Positions 62,154 through 64,000 of a stretch of DNA of 64,000 nucleotides are shown here, piece by piece. The first letter of the stretch is position 1. Each line of letters opens with the position of its first letter. Under the pieces are notes generated by a model. The model searched no databases. It had not been told where the DNA came from and saw only the letters and a list, made by a program, of their open reading frames with translations. The position numbers and the translations under genes were made by a program. Origin of the DNA: Deltaproteobacteria bacterium (lineage in GTDB: Bacteria > Myxococcota > Myxococcia > Myxococcales > 40CM-4-68-19); NCBI GenBank assembly GCA_005879535.1, contig VBKI01000093.1, positions 16,981-80,980 of the forward strand, read 5' to 3'.

Positions 62154-64000
62154 ATGTCCAAATTGCTGGACGAATACCGGCGCAAGCGGTCGGCCGATCG
62201 CACCCCGGAGCCGATGGGCGCGGGAGCAGCGCGGCCCGGCGTTTTTGTCGTGCAAAAACACAGCGCTTCGCGCATGCATTACGACCTGCGACTCGAGTGG
62301 GACGGCGTGCTCAAGTCCTGGGCGGTGCCGCGCGGTCCGCATCCGGATCCGGCCGAGAAAAGGCTGGCAATGCAGACCGAGGATCACCCGGTCGAGTACG
62401 CGGACTTCGAGGGGGTCATTCCGGACGGGGAATACGGCGCTGGTCCCATGATCGTCTGGGACCGCGGGCTGTGGCGTCCGGTCGGAGACCCGCCCGAGGG
62501 AGTCAGGGCCGGCAAGCTGCTCTTCGAGCTGAAGGGCTTCAAGCTGAAGGGGATGTGGACGTTGGTTCGGATCAAGGGCGAGACGGGAAAGGAGTGGTTG
62601 CTGATCAAGGAGACCGGCGACGGGCACGTGCGCCGCGGCGTCGCCGAGCCCTACGAAGACTCTTCCATCCTTTCCGGTCTCGCGGTCGAGGAGCTGCGCG
62701 AGCGCGGCAAGCGGGCGGCGGGGATGCGCGCGCACTGCGAGGCGCTGAAGGCCCCGCGGCGCCCGGTGGTTGGGGAGGACGTGCAGCCGATGCTGGCCGA
62801 GCCGCGCAGCGACCCGTTCGACGACCGCGACACGACGGCGCGCGTCCGCGGATCTTCTATCGCCGCGGAGCGGACGCCACGGCGGTCTTTCCGGATCTCG
62901 CGCGCGCGTTGCTGGCGCTCCCCGCCGAGCGGTTCATTGCGGACGGAGAGATCGCGGTGCTCGACGATACCGGCCGTCCCGTCTTCCAGCGGCTGCAGAA
63001 GCGCGCGCTGCTCACCGCGCCGCGCGACGTGGAGCGCGCGGCAGCGGAGCTGCCTGCGACGCTGTTCCTCTTCGACCTTCTGGCGTTCGAGGACTTCGAT
63101 CTGCGGACGCTGCCGCTGATCGAGCGGAAGAAGCTGCTGCTGCAACTCGTCCCGGCCGCGGGTCCCATTCGCGCCGTCGATTACGTCGAGGGTCAGGGCC
63201 GCGCTCTCTATGCGAGCGTGCGCGAGCTCGGTCTCGAAGGAATCGTGGCGAAGCGGGCGCAATCCGCCTACCGGAGCGGCCGATTCCGCGACTGGCAGAA
63301 GATCCGCATCGACCGCGTGGGAGATTTCGCGGTGGTGGGGTTCACGCGCGCGGAGGGATCGAGGACGGGCTTCGGCTCCGTCCACGTCGCCGTGCAGAAC
63401 ACGGAGGGTCTCGTCTACGTGGGGAAGGTCGGCGGCGGCTTCAGCGAGAAGGAGCTCACGTCCGCGCGCGCCGAGCTCGAAGCGCTGCGGCTGGACAAGC
63501 CGCCCTGCATGGGACCGCTTCCGGGCGGCCGCGGGCACACCTGGGTGCAGCCGAAGCTGGTGGTCGAGGTGCGCTACAAGGAGATCACCGAGGACGGGCT
63601 CTTGCGACAGCCGACGTTCCTCAGGTTCCGCAGCGACAAGGCGCCCGCCGAATGCATCGAGCCGGGGGCGCCGCCCGTGACGCTGTTGCCGCGCGAAGTC
63701 CCGTTCAGCAACCTGGACAAGGTCTTCTGGCCCGAGGACGGTTACACCAAGGGTGACCTGATCGATTACTACCGCGCGGTCTCTCCGTGGCTGCTCCCGT
63801 ACCTTCGCGACCGCCCCGTGGTACTGACGCGATATCCCGACGGGATCGCCGGCAAGAGCTTCTTCCAGAAGGATGCTCCCGATTACGTTCCCGCGTGGGT
63901 GCGGACCGCGAGAGTCTGGAGCGAGGAGGGTGGCCGGGACATCGACTTCTTCGTCTGCGAGGACGTCGACACCCTCCTGTACGTCATCAATCTCGGCACC
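62154..64000 (+). pseudogene. ligD: DNA ligase D (PE-Lig-Pol order), apparently disrupted at ~62831; 3' end lies outside the window
   Basis: The phosphoesterase domain (FVVQKHSASRMHYDLRLE...) is in frame 3 up to PFDDRD (62814-62831). The ligase and polymerase domains (HDGARPRIFYRRGADATAVFPDL...EGIVAKR...WQKIR...VPFSNLDKVFWPEDGYTKGDLIDYY...) continue in frame 2, open to base 64000; that frame has no stop in the window and is not listed in the ORF track. The segment carrying ligase motif I (KxDG) is absent from all frames. Confidence 0.6.

Overview
Very GC-rich bacterial chromosomal window with about 55 protein genes. I found no rRNA, tRNA, CRISPR array, transposase or integrase by eye. The gene content fits a soil-type lineage such as Myxococcota or Acidobacteriota, but the lineage cannot be assigned from this window alone.

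Main blocks:
- 1-2414: edge of an exopolysaccharide locus plus an Ig-like lipoprotein.
- 2718-6452: minus-strand operon of an MFS transporter, a fused PxpB-PxpC protein and an LhgO-like FAD oxidase.
- 6489-17362: plus-strand MacAB-like efflux locus. It has two ADOP-type duplicated FtsX permeases, a HlyD adaptor, two ABC ATPases and an NtrC-type sigma-54 response regulator/histidine kinase pair. It also carries two near-identical sigma-54 promoter modules and three degraded 'ghost' copies of ADOP permease genes.
- 17461-21338: M48 protease and a GAF-PAS-GGDEF-EAL protein.
- 22339-34579: 12-gene, translationally chained respiratory supercluster (Alternative Complex III actABCDEF, a small membrane protein, SCO, and caa3 oxidase subunits II/I/III/IV).
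- 34800-41823: cluster of a TPP enzyme, an enolase-superfamily protein, an FAD/Fe-S oxidoreductase and an aldo-keto reductase.
- 43023-49794: tightly coupled four-gene operon of HEAT-repeat::PilT fusion, PilT paralog, repeat-domain Ser/Thr kinase and PAP2 phosphatase, with no pilus genes nearby. This is the most interesting candidate system.
- 49813-59265: housekeeping and miscellaneous genes (pgm, acyl-CoA dehydrogenase, VWA protein plus pseudokinase-TPR protein, MaoC, M20 peptidase, secreted protein).
- 59714-64000: NHEJ locus with DUF72, MerR-TPR and Ku on one strand and divergent LigD on the other. LigD appears disrupted by a frameshifting deletion that removes ligase motif I.

Many long ORFs in the supplied track are antisense or out-of-frame artefacts of the high GC content. 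Several true genes begin at internal starts that form 4-nt ATGA/GTGA overlaps with the upstream gene.
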